DNA of 64,000 bases, taken from Chrysomallon squamiferum (Eukaryota > Animalia > Mollusca). Both the position numbers and the translations under genes were made by a program. Positions 1-13,800 of this stretch are shown here, piece by piece. Below the pieces are notes generated by a model. It did no database searches. It saw only the letters and a list, made by a program, of their open reading frames with translations, and was not told the DNA's origin. The stretch covers positions 8,680,001 to 8,744,000 of the forward strand of contig CM022678.1 in NCBI GenBank assembly GCA_012295275.1. The letters run 5' to 3'. Every line of letters starts with the position of its first letter. Position 1 is the stretch's first letter.

Positions 1-1079
1 TTTTTTTGTCTCTGGACGCTGTTAACTGAACAAAAGACAGTGTATTTGAACCTTTTCTTTCCTGGAAAAAAATATGTGTGTGTAATTTTTTCCCAGAAAA
101 AAAAAAAATATAAATATATATATATATATATATCGATACATAGATATAAAACAAAACATAATGTGTTTGTAACTAAAAACAGAAAGTAGCGGCAACATAT
201 GTTAAAATAAATTACGTTTATTTTTGTAAATTTATTAACAAAGCTGTAGATAAACAGAGAGCGAATCAGCTGCACATTATCATCACACTTCATATAATAA
301 TTAATATCGGGAAATCAATTTAATTATAATGACAGAAAATAATAATTTTACTCAGTGATATTTCTTTCACACACACACGTATATGCACGTGTATCTCAGA
401 GAGAGAGAGAGAGAGATTAGATTAATTAATTAATTAAAAAAAATAATAAAATTTATTAAATTTAATTACAATTATGCTTGTAGTTTGCGTATATTTTTGA
501 CAGTGTTTTATTTTTAATCATATTTCTGTGTCAATTGAATCAACATGACATTGTCAAACATTCAAGAACTCATCTCTTTCACGCATAGAAACAAACACTA
601 TGTTTAGATTAGTCAATTAATGAAATATGTTCTATAATATATATATTTAATTAATTAGATTAAAACCATATATATATATATTAATATATATATCTTAAAT
701 AAAATGAAATAAAGCTATTTAACACAGAGAAGAGATATATATTTATTATTATTTTATTACTATTGTATATTCACCTTGTATGCTGTTTTTCATTATTATA
801 GTTTATTTATATATCTTACGAAAAGACTGGTACCGCCAGTTCACTATTCAAGTTTAAACAAGATACAGTTTTGGCGGCTAAATGTATTATCTTTCTCTGT
901 CCAACTACAAGCCAGCTGCTATCTCTATTATTACTACATGTGTGATAGACTCTAACCAGCATTTTATAAATTAATTCAGTACACAAACTATGTTCAGGTA
1001 GTTGTTAATTTTAATCCTGTTTACTTAAATACAACAATTTAAAAATTTCACGATTATTTTTTATCAGAAGAAACAAAAG

Positions 1080-1261
1080 TTTTATAGAAAACTTCAAAGC
1101 TCCTACCCCTTTTTTTCTTTACGATTGGTATCTTCCGCTCAGTAAGTGTCGTCTGACAAAACCGGGCTGCGCTACTGCAAGAGTAAATTGACATTGCAGT
1201 CGAACAAGCGGATACATTTTTTTCAGCTGTTAAAATTTTCATTTCTCAAGACTAAGTAAGT
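1080..1261 (+). promoter_or_regulatory. Putative promoter / non-coding first exon of copy 1
   Basis: CpG-containing block with ATTGG (1124-1128), Inr-like TCAGT (1139-1143) and a GTAAGT donor at 1256-1261. Conserved in inverted orientation upstream of copy 3 (~39820-40030) and again at ~42090-42320. The coding ATG is preceded by a splice acceptor, so an upstream exon is required. Confidence 0.5.
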
Positions 1262-1266
1262 CAAAT

Positions 1267-1331
<65 letters not shown>

Positions 1332-1631
1332 GTGCAGTCTAAGATATTTTAAAATAACATTCTCAAATTGAATTCCACGATTACTTTATAGTGCGTGGTA
1401 TGTGATTTTCAAGACAAGTAGGTCGTCACATTGCGAGAAACGATTTCTTTTCTAGTGGTGTGCTAAATTAACTTGCAGCATTCATGGATACTCACATATG
1501 TTTAGTTTGTTGGTGTTTTTTTTTTTTTTTTCTTTGCTTCATACAATTTATTACAGCTGACTTCGTTTATTATATTAGTATTGTCGCCCACAATTTACAA
1601 CAGACTGTCGTCTTCCTTCTCGAATTAAGAG

Positions 1632-1639
1632 TGACGTCA
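1632..1639. promoter_or_regulatory. CRE/ATF palindrome TGACGTCA upstream of the RING exon
   Basis: Perfect TGACGTCA within a CpG-rich patch; conserved at 39592-39599 upstream of copy 3. Confidence 0.35.
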
Positions 1640-1820
1640 CAAGGTTAAATTTAGCAAGTTCGTAATGCACTTTTATTTTACAAATAAGACTAAATAAATA
1701 AACAGTTTTTATAGTGTATTTACATTCGCAGTTTATATATTTATCATTTCATTTATTTATTTGTATATACCATTGGTCGTATGTATTAACTGGAATTTTT
1801 ACCTCCAGTCAATTGTTTTC

Positions 1821-1858
<38 letters not shown>

Positions 1859-1956
1859 TTAGTTTACCTCCAGTCTATATTTTTTCTTTAGTCTTCCCAT
1901 TATTATTATTATTATTATTATTATTGTTGTTGTTATTATTATTATTATTCACAGAT

Positions 1957-3981
1957 ATGGCAACAGCTTCAAACTCGGATGACAGTATTTCGTGCTCGCT
2001 CTGTTTGGACGTTTTCGACAAACCAAGAAGTCTTTATTGCGGACATTCGTTTTGTTCTAAATGCCTGCAGAATTACATCAGCACAAATTACAACAACAAC
2101 GACACAGAAATAAGCTGCCCGTTCTGCAGGCAGAATGTCCACATTCCAGACAGCACGAAACCAGTGGAAACATGGGCAGCTCAATTCTCTATAAACAAGT
2201 CACTGGTGGACGCCATTAACAAAATAGAACATTCAAAGTTTTGTGAGTCAGCAGTGTTGTGTTTAGATTCGTCATTACAATACAATAATTTTAAAAAAAT
2301 ACACTGTCATTTTACTAAAAATATTTGTAGTTTTATTAACTATCGTAGCATAAAGAAATAGAGGACATTTTATCTATAACATTTTTCTACTAAGATTTTA
2401 CATTTAGTTGATAAAATAAATTCTATAACTCTTCACATTGTATGCATGTCTTTATTAATAATAGTAGTACTAATTACTATTATTATTATTATTATTATTA
2501 TTTTTATTTATTTATTTATTTATTTATTTATTTCAGCTAAAAAGGGAGGTCACATTTCAGTTCTGAGTTCTGTTTCTGAGAGTCTCAAAAACTACAAAGA
2601 AATTCTTCAGACAGAGATGGATGATAAGATTGAGCAACTTCGCCAAGCCGTCGACATCAACGTCGTGGACACCACAGAAGAGGTCAGAAGGATTGGTAAC
2701 ACACTAATCACAGATTTCACAGCCGCAGTCCACAAAGAACAAGACAGGCTAATAAGAGAAATAGAAAAATCTCAGAACTTTGTAAACTCAGAAATAGACA
2801 AATTGTTTAGTGAACATAAACATCTGATTGATGAAAATGAAAAGTTTATAAAACTTGGTGAGGGTTTGTTAAAAGAAAAATCAGAGTCAGACATAAAAAC
2901 AAATCTTCCAAAATTCACCAAACTTCAAAACACAACTTCAAAGTTTCTGTCAAATTCTCTTTCACAAATAGAAAAAGCAGAATTCAAAATAAATCTCAGA
3001 AAATCTGATAAAAAAAAAAGAAATGTCTGTACACATTGGTGAAATAAACACAAACATCCAAACAGACACACAGATAAACAAAACAGACAGACACACACAA
3101 CCATTAAACACACAGACACACACACAACACACAAACACCAAACACAAAACACAACACACAGACACACAGATAGACAAACAGACAGACACACTCAAACACA
3201 CAGACACCATTAACACAAAAACACAAGAAGATAAAACAAATCCTTCTGTGTCTTCCATCCTGGTGTCAGGTGAGGACAAGAGTAAAATTGTTGTTAGTGA
3301 TTGTTTCAATAAATGTGTAAAATGTTTTTGTTTAAAATGAAAATCACTGATAAACAAACACGTGACTTCCACTGGTCCATGCGGTCTTGCTGAGTCACGT
3401 GATCAGCAGGGTGATGTTGTTGTTGTCGTTGCTCTGCCAGATGAAAATAAAATATTGTTTTTAAATTTGGAAAACTTCAAACTGATAAAAACAATTACAA
3501 CTGGTAAAAAGTATGAGTTTATCTCTGTGTTACCTGGCAACCGTCTCGCGGTCACTGGTGGTGGTCTAATCAGTGCTTGGACATACTGACAGACAGTGGT
3601 CAGCTCATTAATTCTATCTCAACAGATTTGATCCCCAGTCCGTGGTTTCTCACAGTTCACGATCAATGTCTGATTGTTGTGTCACTGAGAGAAAACAGTT
3701 TATTTTGTGTGACGTCATCAGGTGACGTCAAATGGAAGTCACGTGATTCAGACAAACTGAGAGACTTGACAGGTGTTACATGTGACAGGGAGGGAAATAT
3801 TTTTGTTTGTAGTTTAAATAGAAATTGTGTTGTTCAGCTGTCTCGAGATGGTAACATTACACGTGACATCCTCACTGACCAGGATGGACTGTCCAGTCCT
3901 TGGTGTGTCTGTTGTGATGACAACAAACTCTACGTGGAAGATAACAATGAAATAAAAATATTTACGTGGTGTAAAAAGTAA
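1957..3981 (+). pseudogene. RING-coiled-coil-NHL/beta-propeller (TRIM-NHL-like) gene, copy 1, disrupted
   Basis: Exon 1957-2242 follows acceptor ttcacAG and encodes C3HC4 RING CSLCLDVFDKPRSLYCGHSFCSKC...CPFCR. Phase-1 intron 2243-2536 (GTGAGT...tttcAG). Exon 2537-3981 is collinear with intact copy 3. Lesions: +1 A in the A-run at 3010-3019, TGA at 3338-3340 (AGA in copies 2/3), and a 1-bp deletion near 3560-3563. Confidence 0.88.
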
Positions 3982-4258
3982 ACTTCAAACTGTCTGCTAA
4001 GTTAGTTTCACTGAACTGTTTTGAAGTTGAAAGTCCACAGACATTTCTTTCTTGTAAATAAACAGAAAATCAGTTATTTATTTACTGTAAGGTAATTAAT
4101 TTAGTTAATTTGTTTACTTTCTTTATTTTTATTTTTAAATATGTTATTTATTTATTATGAATTACTTTATCGTTTAAACTTGCTAAATTACAAAATAGAT
4201 TTCACTTTAAAACAGACTCTGATTTACTTTTGAAATTTTCACCAAGTTTTGTCATTTT

Positions 4259-4370
<112 letters not shown>

Positions 4371-4460
4371 TCTAAACTATTCTATTATTTTGCAAAGTAA
4401 TTTATTTCAATGAATGTTGTACATATTTGTACATACTACAATGTAATCAGACAAAAGTGC

Positions 4461-4466
4461 AATAAA
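4461..4466 (+). terminator. Candidate polyadenylation signal of copy 1
   Basis: AATAAA ~480 nt after the stop; the hexamer is kept at the matching position after copies 2 and 3. Weak given the AT-rich background. Confidence 0.3.
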
Positions 4467-4651
4467 ATATTTATATGATAATAAAAAAATTGTTCTGTCT
4501 TTATTTCATTTAAATTTTAAAACTGTTTTACATTGTTTCGTGATCTCTTTGTCTGTATAGCTACCTATGTATTCACCTAACTGTATGTATGTCTGTATGT
4601 CTGTCTGTCTGTCTGTATAATATAATTAATGTGTATAATATCAGTGTAGAA

Positions 4652-4851
4652 NNNNNNNNNNNNNNNNNNNNNNNNNNNNNNNNNNNNNNNNNNNNNNNNN
4701 NNNNNNNNNNNNNNNNNNNNNNNNNNNNNNNNNNNNNNNNNNNNNNNNNNNNNNNNNNNNNNNNNNNNNNNNNNNNNNNNNNNNNNNNNNNNNNNNNNNN
4801 NNNNNNNNNNNNNNNNNNNNNNNNNNNNNNNNNNNNNNNNNNNNNNNNNNN
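4652..4851. other. Assembly gap (200 N)
   Basis: Run of N. Confidence 1.
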
Positions 4852-7800
4852 CCATTTCGTGTATCAGTGTGTGTGTATCTATGTATGTATATTTTGTGCG
4901 TGTGTATCTATGTAAGTATTCTTTGTGCGTGATTTATCTTTATCTCCATTATGTGTATCAGTGTATCTGTGTGTATACCTATGTAAGTATGTTTGTGCGT
5001 GTGTATCTATGTAAGTATTCTTTGTGCGTGATTTATCTTTATCTCCATTTCGTGTATCAGGGTGTGTGTGTATATCTATGTAAGTATACTTTGTGCGTGT
5101 TTTATCTTTATCTCCATTATTTGTATCAGTGTCTGTGTGTGTGTAAATCTCTGTAACTATACTTTGTGCGTGATTTTATCTTTATCTCCTTTATGTGTAT
5201 CAGTGTGTGTGTGTGTTTATCTATGTAACTATACTTTGTGCGTGTTTTTTTTTTATCTCCATTATGTGTATCAGTGTTTCTGTGTGTATATTTATGTAAC
5301 TATACTTTGTGCGTTTTTTTATCTTTATCTCCATTATGTGTATCAGTGTTTCTGTGTGTGTATTTATGTAAGTATACTTTGTGCGGTTTTTTATCTTTAT
5401 CTCCATTATGTGTATCAGTGTTTCTGTGTGTGTATTTATGTAAGTATACTTTGTGCGTGTTTTATCTTTTACTCTGTTATGTGTATCAGTGTCTGTCTGT
5501 GTGTGTGTGTATCTATGTAAGTATACTTTGTGCCTGTTTTTTCTGTATCTTCATTATGTGTATCAGTGTGTGTGTGTATCTATGTTAGAATACTTTGTGC
5601 GTGTTTTATCTTTTTCACCATTACGTGTATCACTGAGTGTGTTTGTCTATGTTAGTATGATTTGTGCGTGTTTGATCTTTATCCTCATTATGTGTATCAG
5701 TGTGTGTGTGTCTATGTAAGTAAATATACCATGTGCGTGTTTTATCTTTATTTCCATTATGTGTATCAGTGTGTGTGTGTGTATATCTATGTAACTATAC
5801 TTTGAGCGTGATTTATCTTTATCTCCATTATTTGTATCAGTGTATCTGTGTGTGTCTATGTAACTATACTTTGTGCGTGTTTTTTTACCTTTATCTCCAA
5901 TATGTGTATCAGTGTGTGTGTGTGTGTCTATGTAAGAATACTTTGTGGGTGTTTTATCTTTATCTCTATTATGTGTATCAGTGTCTGTGTGTATATGTGT
6001 ATCTATGCGAGTATACTTTGTGCGTGTGTATCTATGTAAGTATACTTTGTGCGTGTATTATCTTTATCTTCATTATATCTATCAGTGTGTATATCTATGT
6101 TAGTATACTTTGTGCGTGTTTTATCTTTTTCACCATTACGTGTATCACTGAGTGTGTGTGTGTCTATGTTAGTATGATTTGTGCGTGTTTGATTTTATCC
6201 TCATTATGTGTATCAGTGTGTGTATGTGTGTATGTATGTAAGTATACCATGTGCGTGTTTTATCTTTATTTCCATTATGTGTATCAGTGTCTGTGTGTGT
6301 ATCTATTTAAGTATACTTTGTGCGTGATTTATCTTTATCTCCATTATGTGTATCAGTGTATCTGTGTGTATACCTATGTAAGTATTTTTTGGGCGTGTTT
6401 TTTCTTTATCTCCATTTCGTGTATCAGTGTGTGTGTGTATCTATTAAAGTATACTTTGTGCGTGTATATCTATGTAAGTAAACTTTATGCGTGTATTATC
6501 TTTATCTCCATTATGTGTATCAGTGTCTCTGTGTGTATATCTATGTAACTATACTTTGTGCGTATTTTTTTTATCTTTATCTCCTTTATGTGTATCAGTG
6601 TGTGTGTGTGTGTCTATGTAAGTAAACTTTGTGCGTGTTTTTTATCTTTATCTTCATTTATGTGTATCAGAATGTGTGTGTGTGTGTCTATGTAAGTAAA
6701 CTTTGTTCGTGTTTTATCTTTATCTCCATTATGTGTATCAGTGTTGTGTGTGTGTCTATGTAAGTAAACTTTGTTCGTGTTTTATCTTTATCTCCATTAT
6801 GTGTATCAGTGTTTGTGTGTGTGTCTATGTAACTATACTTTGTGGGTGTTTTATCTTTATCTCCATTATATGTATCAGTGTCTGTGTGTTTTATCTTTAT
6901 CTATTATGTGTATCTTTGTGCGTGTGTGTGTCTATGTAAGTATACTTTGTGCGTGTTTTTATCTTCATTATATCCATTATGTCTATATCTATGTTAATAT
7001 TTCGTGCGTGTTTTATCTTGTTCACCATTAACTGTACTTTGTGCGTGTTTTATCTTGTTCACCATTACGTGTTTCACCATTACGTGTATCACTGAGTGTG
7101 TGTGTCTATGTTAGTATGATTTGTTCGTGTTTGATTTTATCCTCATTATGTGTATCAGTGTGTGTATGTGTGTATCTATGTAAGTATACCATGTGCGTGT
7201 TTTATCTTTATTTCCATTATGTGTATCAGTGTCTGTGTGTGTATCTATTTAAGTATACTTTGTGCGTGATTTTTCTTTATCTCCATTATGTGTATCAGTG
7301 TGTATCTATGTGTATACCTATGTAAGTATTTTTGGGGGGCGTGTTTTTTCTTTATCTCCATTTCGTGTATCAGTGTGTGTGTGTATCTATTAAAGTATAC
7401 TTTGTGCGTGTATATCTATGTAAGTATACTTTGTCCGTGTATTATCTTTATCTCCATTATGTGTATCAGTGTCTGTGTGTGTATATCTATGTAACTATAC
7501 TTTGTGCGTATTTTTTATCTTTATCTCCTTTATGTGTATCAGTGTGTGTGTGTATCTATGTAAGTAAACTTTGTGCGTGTTTTTTTATCTTTATCTGCTA
7601 TCTGTGTATCAGTGTGTGTGTGTGTGTCTATGTAAGTAAACTTTGTTCGTGTTTTATCCGTATCTCCATTATGTGCATCAGTGTTTCTGTATGTGTATTT
7701 ATGTAAGTATACTTTGTGAGTGTTTTATCTTTATCTGCATTAAGTGTATCAGTGTGTGTGTTTGTGTCTATGTAAGTAAACTTTGTTCGTGTTTTATCTT

Positions 7801-10800
7801 TATCTCCATTATGTGTATCAGTGTTTCTGTGTGTGTCTTTATGTAACTATACTTTGTGCGTGTTTTATCTTTACCTCTATTATGTGTATCAGTGTCTGTG
7901 TGTGTGTGTGTATCTATGTGAGTATACTTTGTGCATGTGTACCTATGTAAGTATACTTTGTGCGTGTATTATCTTTATCTCCATTATGTGTATCAGTTGC
8001 TGTGTGTGTATATCTATGTAACTATACTTTGTGCGTGTTTTTTTATCTTTATCTCCATTATGTGTATCAGTGTGTCTGTCTATATCTATGTAACTATACT
8101 TTGTGCCTGTTTTTTATCTGTATCTCCTTTATGTGTATCAAGTGTGTTGTGTATCTATGTAAGTATACTTTGTGCGTGTGTATCTATGTAAGTATACTTT
8201 GTGCGTGTTTTATCTTTATCTCCATTATGTGTATCAGTGTGTCTGTGTGTTGTATCTATGTAAGTATACTTTGTGCGTGTTTTATCTTTATCTCCATTAT
8301 GTGTATCAGTGTCTGTGTGTGTGTATCTATGTAACTATACTTTGTGCGTGTTTTATCTTTATCTCCATTATGTGTATCAGTGTCTGTGTGTGTATCTCTG
8401 TAACTATACTTTGTGCGTGATTTTTATCTTTATCTCCTTTATGTGTGTCAGTGTGTGTGTGTGTGTCTCTATGTAACTATACTTTGTGCGTGTTTTGTCT
8501 TTATCTCCATTATGTGTATCAGTGTTTCTGTGTGTGTATTTATGTAACTATACTTTGTGCGTGTTTTATCTTTTACTCTGTTATGTGTATCAGTGTCTGT
8601 CTGTGTGTGTGTGTATCTATGTAAGTATACTTTGTGCCTGTTTTTTCTGTATCTTCATTATGTGTATCAGTGTGTGTATCTATGTTAGAATACTTTGTGC
8701 GTGTTTTATCTTTTTCACCATTACGTGTATCACTGAGTGTGTTTGTCTATGTTAGTATGATTTGTGCGTGTTTGATCTTTATCTCCATTATGTGTATCAG
8801 TGTGTGTGTGTGTGTATATGTAAGTATACTTTGTGCGTGTTTTTTCTTTATTTCCATTATGTGTATCAGTGTGTGTGTGTGTATATCTATGTAACTATAC
8901 TTTGAGCGTGATTTATCTTTATCTCCATTATTTGTATCAGTGTATCTGTGTGTATCTATGTAACTATACTTTGTGCGTGTTTTTTCTTTATCTCCATTAT
9001 GTGCATCAGTGTCTGTGTGTAAATTATGTAACTATACTTTATGCGATTTTTTTATCTTTATCTCCTTTATGGGTATCAGTGTGTGTGTGTGTGTGTGTTT
9101 CTATGTAACTATACTTTGTGCGTGTTTTTTTACCTTTATCTCCATTATGTGTATCAGTGTGTGTGTGTGTGTATCTATGTAAGAATACTTTGTGCGTGTT
9201 TTATCTTTATCTCCATTATGTGTATCAGTGTTTCTGTGTGTGTATTTATGTAACTATACTTTGTGGGTGTTTTATCTGTATCTCTATTATGTGTATCAGT
9301 GTCTGTATGTATGTGTATCTATGCGAGTATACTTTGTGCGTGTGTATCTATGTAAGTATACTTTGTGCGTGTATTATCTTTATCTTCATTATATCTATCA
9401 GTGTGTATATCTATGTTAGTATGATTTGTGCGTGTTTTTTATCTTTATCTTCATTATGTGTATCAGTGTGTGTGTGTGTACCTATGTAAGTAAGCTTTGT
9501 TCCTGTTTTATCTTTATGTCCATTATGTGTATCAGTGTGTGTGTGTGTGTGTATTTATGTAACTATACTTTGTTCCTGTTTTATCTTTATCTCCATTATG
9601 TGTATCAGTGTGTGTGTGTGTGTGTCTGTATGTAAGTATACTTTGTTCGTGTTTTATCTTTATCTCCATTATGTGTATCAGTGTGTGTGTGTGTGTGTCT
9701 ATGTAAGTAAGCTTTGTTCCTGTTTTATCCTTATCTCCATTATGGGTATCAGTGTCTGTGTGTGTACCTATGTAAGTAAGCTTTGTTCCTGTTTTATCTT
9801 TATCTTCATTATGTGTATCAGTGTGTGTGTGTGTACCTATGTAAGTAAGCTTTGTTCCTGTTTTATCTTTATCTCCATTATGGGTATCAGTGTCTGTGTG
9901 TGTATCTATGTAAGTATGCTTTGTTCCTGTTTTATCTTTATCTCCATTATGTGTATCAGGGTATCTGTGTGTATCTATGTGTATACCTATGTAAGTATTT
10001 TTTTGGGCGTGTTTTTTCTTTATCTCCATTTCGTGTATCAGTGTGTGTGTGTATCTATGTAAGTATACTTTGTTCGTGTTTTATCTTTATCTCCATTATG
10101 TGTATCAGTGTGTTTGTGTGCCTATGTAAGTAAACTTTGTTCGTGTTTTATCTTTATCTCCATTATGTGTATCAGTGTTTCTGTGTGTGTCTTTATGTAA
10201 CTATACTTTGTGCGTGTTTTATCTTTACCTCTATTATGTGTATCAGTGTCTGTGTGTGTGTATCTATGTGAGTATACTTTGTGCGTGTGTATCTATGTAA
10301 GTATACTTTGTGCGTGTATTATCTTTATCTCCATTATGTGTATCAGTGTCTGTGTGTGTATATCTATGTAACTATACTTTGTGCGTGTTTTTTATCTTTA
10401 TCTCCATTTCGTGTATCAGTGTGTGTGTATCTATGTATGTATATTTTGTGCGTGTGTATCTATGTAAGTATTCTTTGTGCGTGATTTATCTTTATCTCCA
10501 TTATGTGTATCAGTGTATCTGTGTGTATACCTATGTAAGTATACTTTGTGCGTGTGTATCTATGTAAGTATTCTTTGTGCGTGATTTATCTTTATCTCCA
10601 TTTCGTGTATCAGTGTGTGTGTATCTATGTAAGTATACTTTGTGCGTGTGTATCTATGTAAGTATACTTTGTGCGTGTATTATCTTTATCTCCATTATTT
10701 GTATCAGTGTCTGTGTGTGGAAATCTCTGTAACTATACTTTGTGCGTGATTTTTATTTTTATCTCCTTTATGTGTGTCAGTGTGTGTGTGTGTGTCTATG

Positions 10801-13800
10801 TAACTATACTTTGTGCGTGTTCTGTCTTTGTCTCCATTATGTGTATCAGTGTTTCTGTGTGTGTATTTATGTAAGTATACTTTGTGAGATTTGTATCTTT
10901 ATCTCCATTATGTGTATCAGTGTTTCTGTGTGTGTATTTATGTAAGTATACTTTGTGCGTGTTTTATCTTTTACTCTGTTATGTGTATCAGTGTCTGTCT
11001 GTGTGTGTGTGTATCTATGTAAGTATACTTTGTGCCTGTTTTTTCTGTATCTTCATTATGTGTATCAGTGTGTGTATCTATGTTAGAATACTTTGTGCGT
11101 GTTTTATCTTTTTCACCATTACGTGTATCACTGAGTGTGTTTGTCTATGTTAGTATGATTTGTGCGTGTTTGATCTTTATCCTCATTATGTGTATCAGTG
11201 TGTGTGTGTCTATGTAAGTACACCATGTGCGTGTTTTATCTTTATTTCCATTATGTGTATCAGTGTGTGTGTGTGTATATCTATGTAACTATACTTTGAG
11301 CGTGATTTATCTTTATCTCCATTATTTGTATCAGTGTATCTGTGTGTATCTATGTAACTATACTTTGTGCGTGTTTTTTCTTTATCTCCATTATGTGCAT
11401 CAGTGTCTGTGTGTAAATTATGTAACTATACTTTTTGCGATTTTTTTATCTTTATCTCCTTTATGGGTATCAGTGTGTGTGTGTGTGTGTGTGTGTCTAT
11501 GTAACTATACTTTGTGCGTGTTTTTTTACCTTTATCTCCAATATGTGTATCAGTGTGTGTGTGTGTGTCTATGTAAGAATACTTTGTGGGTGTTTTATCT
11601 TTATCTCTATTATGTGTATCAGTGTCTGTGTGTATGTGTATCTATGCGAGTATACTTTGTGCGTGTGTATCTATGTAAGTATACTTTGTGCGTGTATTAT
11701 CTTTATCTTCATTATATCTATCAGTGTGTATATCTATGTTAGTATACTTTGTGCGTGTTTTATCTTTTTCACCATTACGTGTATCACTGAGTGTGTGTGT
11801 GTCTATGTTAGTATGATTTGTGCGTGTTTGATTTTGTCCTCATTATGTGAATCAGTGTGTGTATGTGTGTATGTATGTAAGTATACCATGTGCGTGTTTT
11901 ATCTTTATTTCCATTATGTGTATCAGTGTCTGTGTGTGTATCTATTTAAGTATACTTTGTGCGTGATTTATCTTTATCTCCATTATGTGTATCAGTGTAT
12001 CTGTGTGTATACCTATGTAAGTATTTTTTTAAGGCGTGTTTTTTCTTTATCTCCATTTCGTGTATCAGTGTGTGTGTGTATCTATTAAAGTATACTTTGT
12101 GCGTGTATATCTATGTAAGTAAACTTTATGCGTGTATTATCTTTATCTCCATTATGTGTATCAGTGTCTCTGTGTGTATATCTATGTAACTATACTTTGT
12201 GCGTATTTTTTTTATCTTTATCTCCTTTATGTGTATCAGTGTGTGTGTGTGTGTGTGTCTATGTAAGTAAACTTTGTTCGTGTTTTATCTTTATCTTCAT
12301 TATGTGTATCAGAATGTGTGTGTGTGTGTCTATGTAAGTAAACTTTGTTCGTGTTTTATCTTTATCTTCATTATGTGTATCAGTGTGTGTGTGCCTATGT
12401 AAGTAAACTTTGTTCGTGTTTTATCTTTATCTCCATTATGTGTATCAGTGTTTCTGTGTGTGTATTTATGTAACTATACTTTGTGGGTGTTTTATCTTTA
12501 TCTCCATTATATGTATCAGTGTCTGTGTGTGTATGTGTATCTATGCGAGTGTACTTCGTGCGTGTGTATCTATGTAAGTATACTTTGTGCGTGTTTTTCT
12601 TTATCTTCATTATATCTATCAGTGTCTATATCTATGTTAATATACTTCGTGCGTGTTTTATCTTGTTCACCATTACGTGTATCACTGAGTGTGTGTGTCT
12701 ATGTTATTATGATTTGTTCGGATTTGATTTTATCCTCATTATGTGTATCAATGTGTGTATGTGTATATCTATGTAAGTATACCATGTGCGTGTTTTATCT
12801 TTATTTCCATTATGTGTATCAGTGTCTGTGTGTGTATCTATTTAAGTATACTTTGTGCGTGATTTTTCTTTATCTCCATTATGTGTATCAGTGTGTATCT
12901 ATGTGTATACCTATGTAAGTATTTTTGGGGGGCGTGTTTTTTCTTTATCTCCATTTCGTGTATCAGTGTGTGTGTGTATCTATTAAAGTATACTTTGTGC
13001 GTGTATATCTATGTAAGTATACTTTGTCCGTGTATGATCTTTATCTCCATTATGTGTATCAGTGTCTGTCTGTGTTTCTATATATATGTAACTATACTTT
13101 GTGCGTATTTTTTTATCTTTATCTCCTTTATGTGTATCAGTGTGTGTGTGTATCTATGTAAGTAAACTTTGTGCGTGTTTTTTTATCTTTATCTGCTTTA
13201 TGTGTATCAGTGTGTGTGTGTCTGTGTCTATGTAAGTAAACTTTGTTCGTGTTTTATCCGTATCTCCATTATGTGCATCAGTGTTTCTGTATGTGTATTT
13301 ATGTAAGTATACTTTGTGAGTGTTTTATCTTTATCTCCATATAGTGTATCAGTGTGTGTGTGTGTGTCTATGTAAGTAAACTTTGTTCGTGTTTTATCTT
13401 TATCTCCATTATGTGTATCAGTGTTTCTGTGTGTCTTTATGTAACTATACTTTGTCCGTGTTTTATCTTTACCTCTATTATGTGTATCAGTGTCTGTGTG
13501 TGTGTGTATCTATGTGAGTATACTTTGTGCATGTGTACCTATGTAAGTATACTTTGTGCGTGTATTATCTTTATCTCCATTATGTGTATCAGTTGCTGTG
13601 TGTGTATATCTATGTAACTATACTTTGTGCGTGTTTCTTTTATCTATATCTCCATTATGTGTATCAGTGTGTCTCTCTATATCTATGTAACTATAATTTG
13701 TGCCTGTTTTTTATCTGTATCTCCTTTATGTGTATAAGTGTGTGTGTATATCTATGTAAGTATACTTTGTGCGTGTGTAGCTATGTAAGTATACTTTGTG

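Noticed and set aside
1054-1242. Small ORF MKIL.AE.. seen three times (also 39841, 42113)
   Set aside because: Antisense to the duplicated promoter/first-exon block; the 39841 copy changes frame, so conservation is at DNA level only.
1714-1956. Hydrophobic N-terminal extension (poly-I/L) of the RING ORF; likewise 2446-2536
   Set aside because: Read-through of intronic (ATT)n; splice acceptors at 1954 and 2536 explain the structure.
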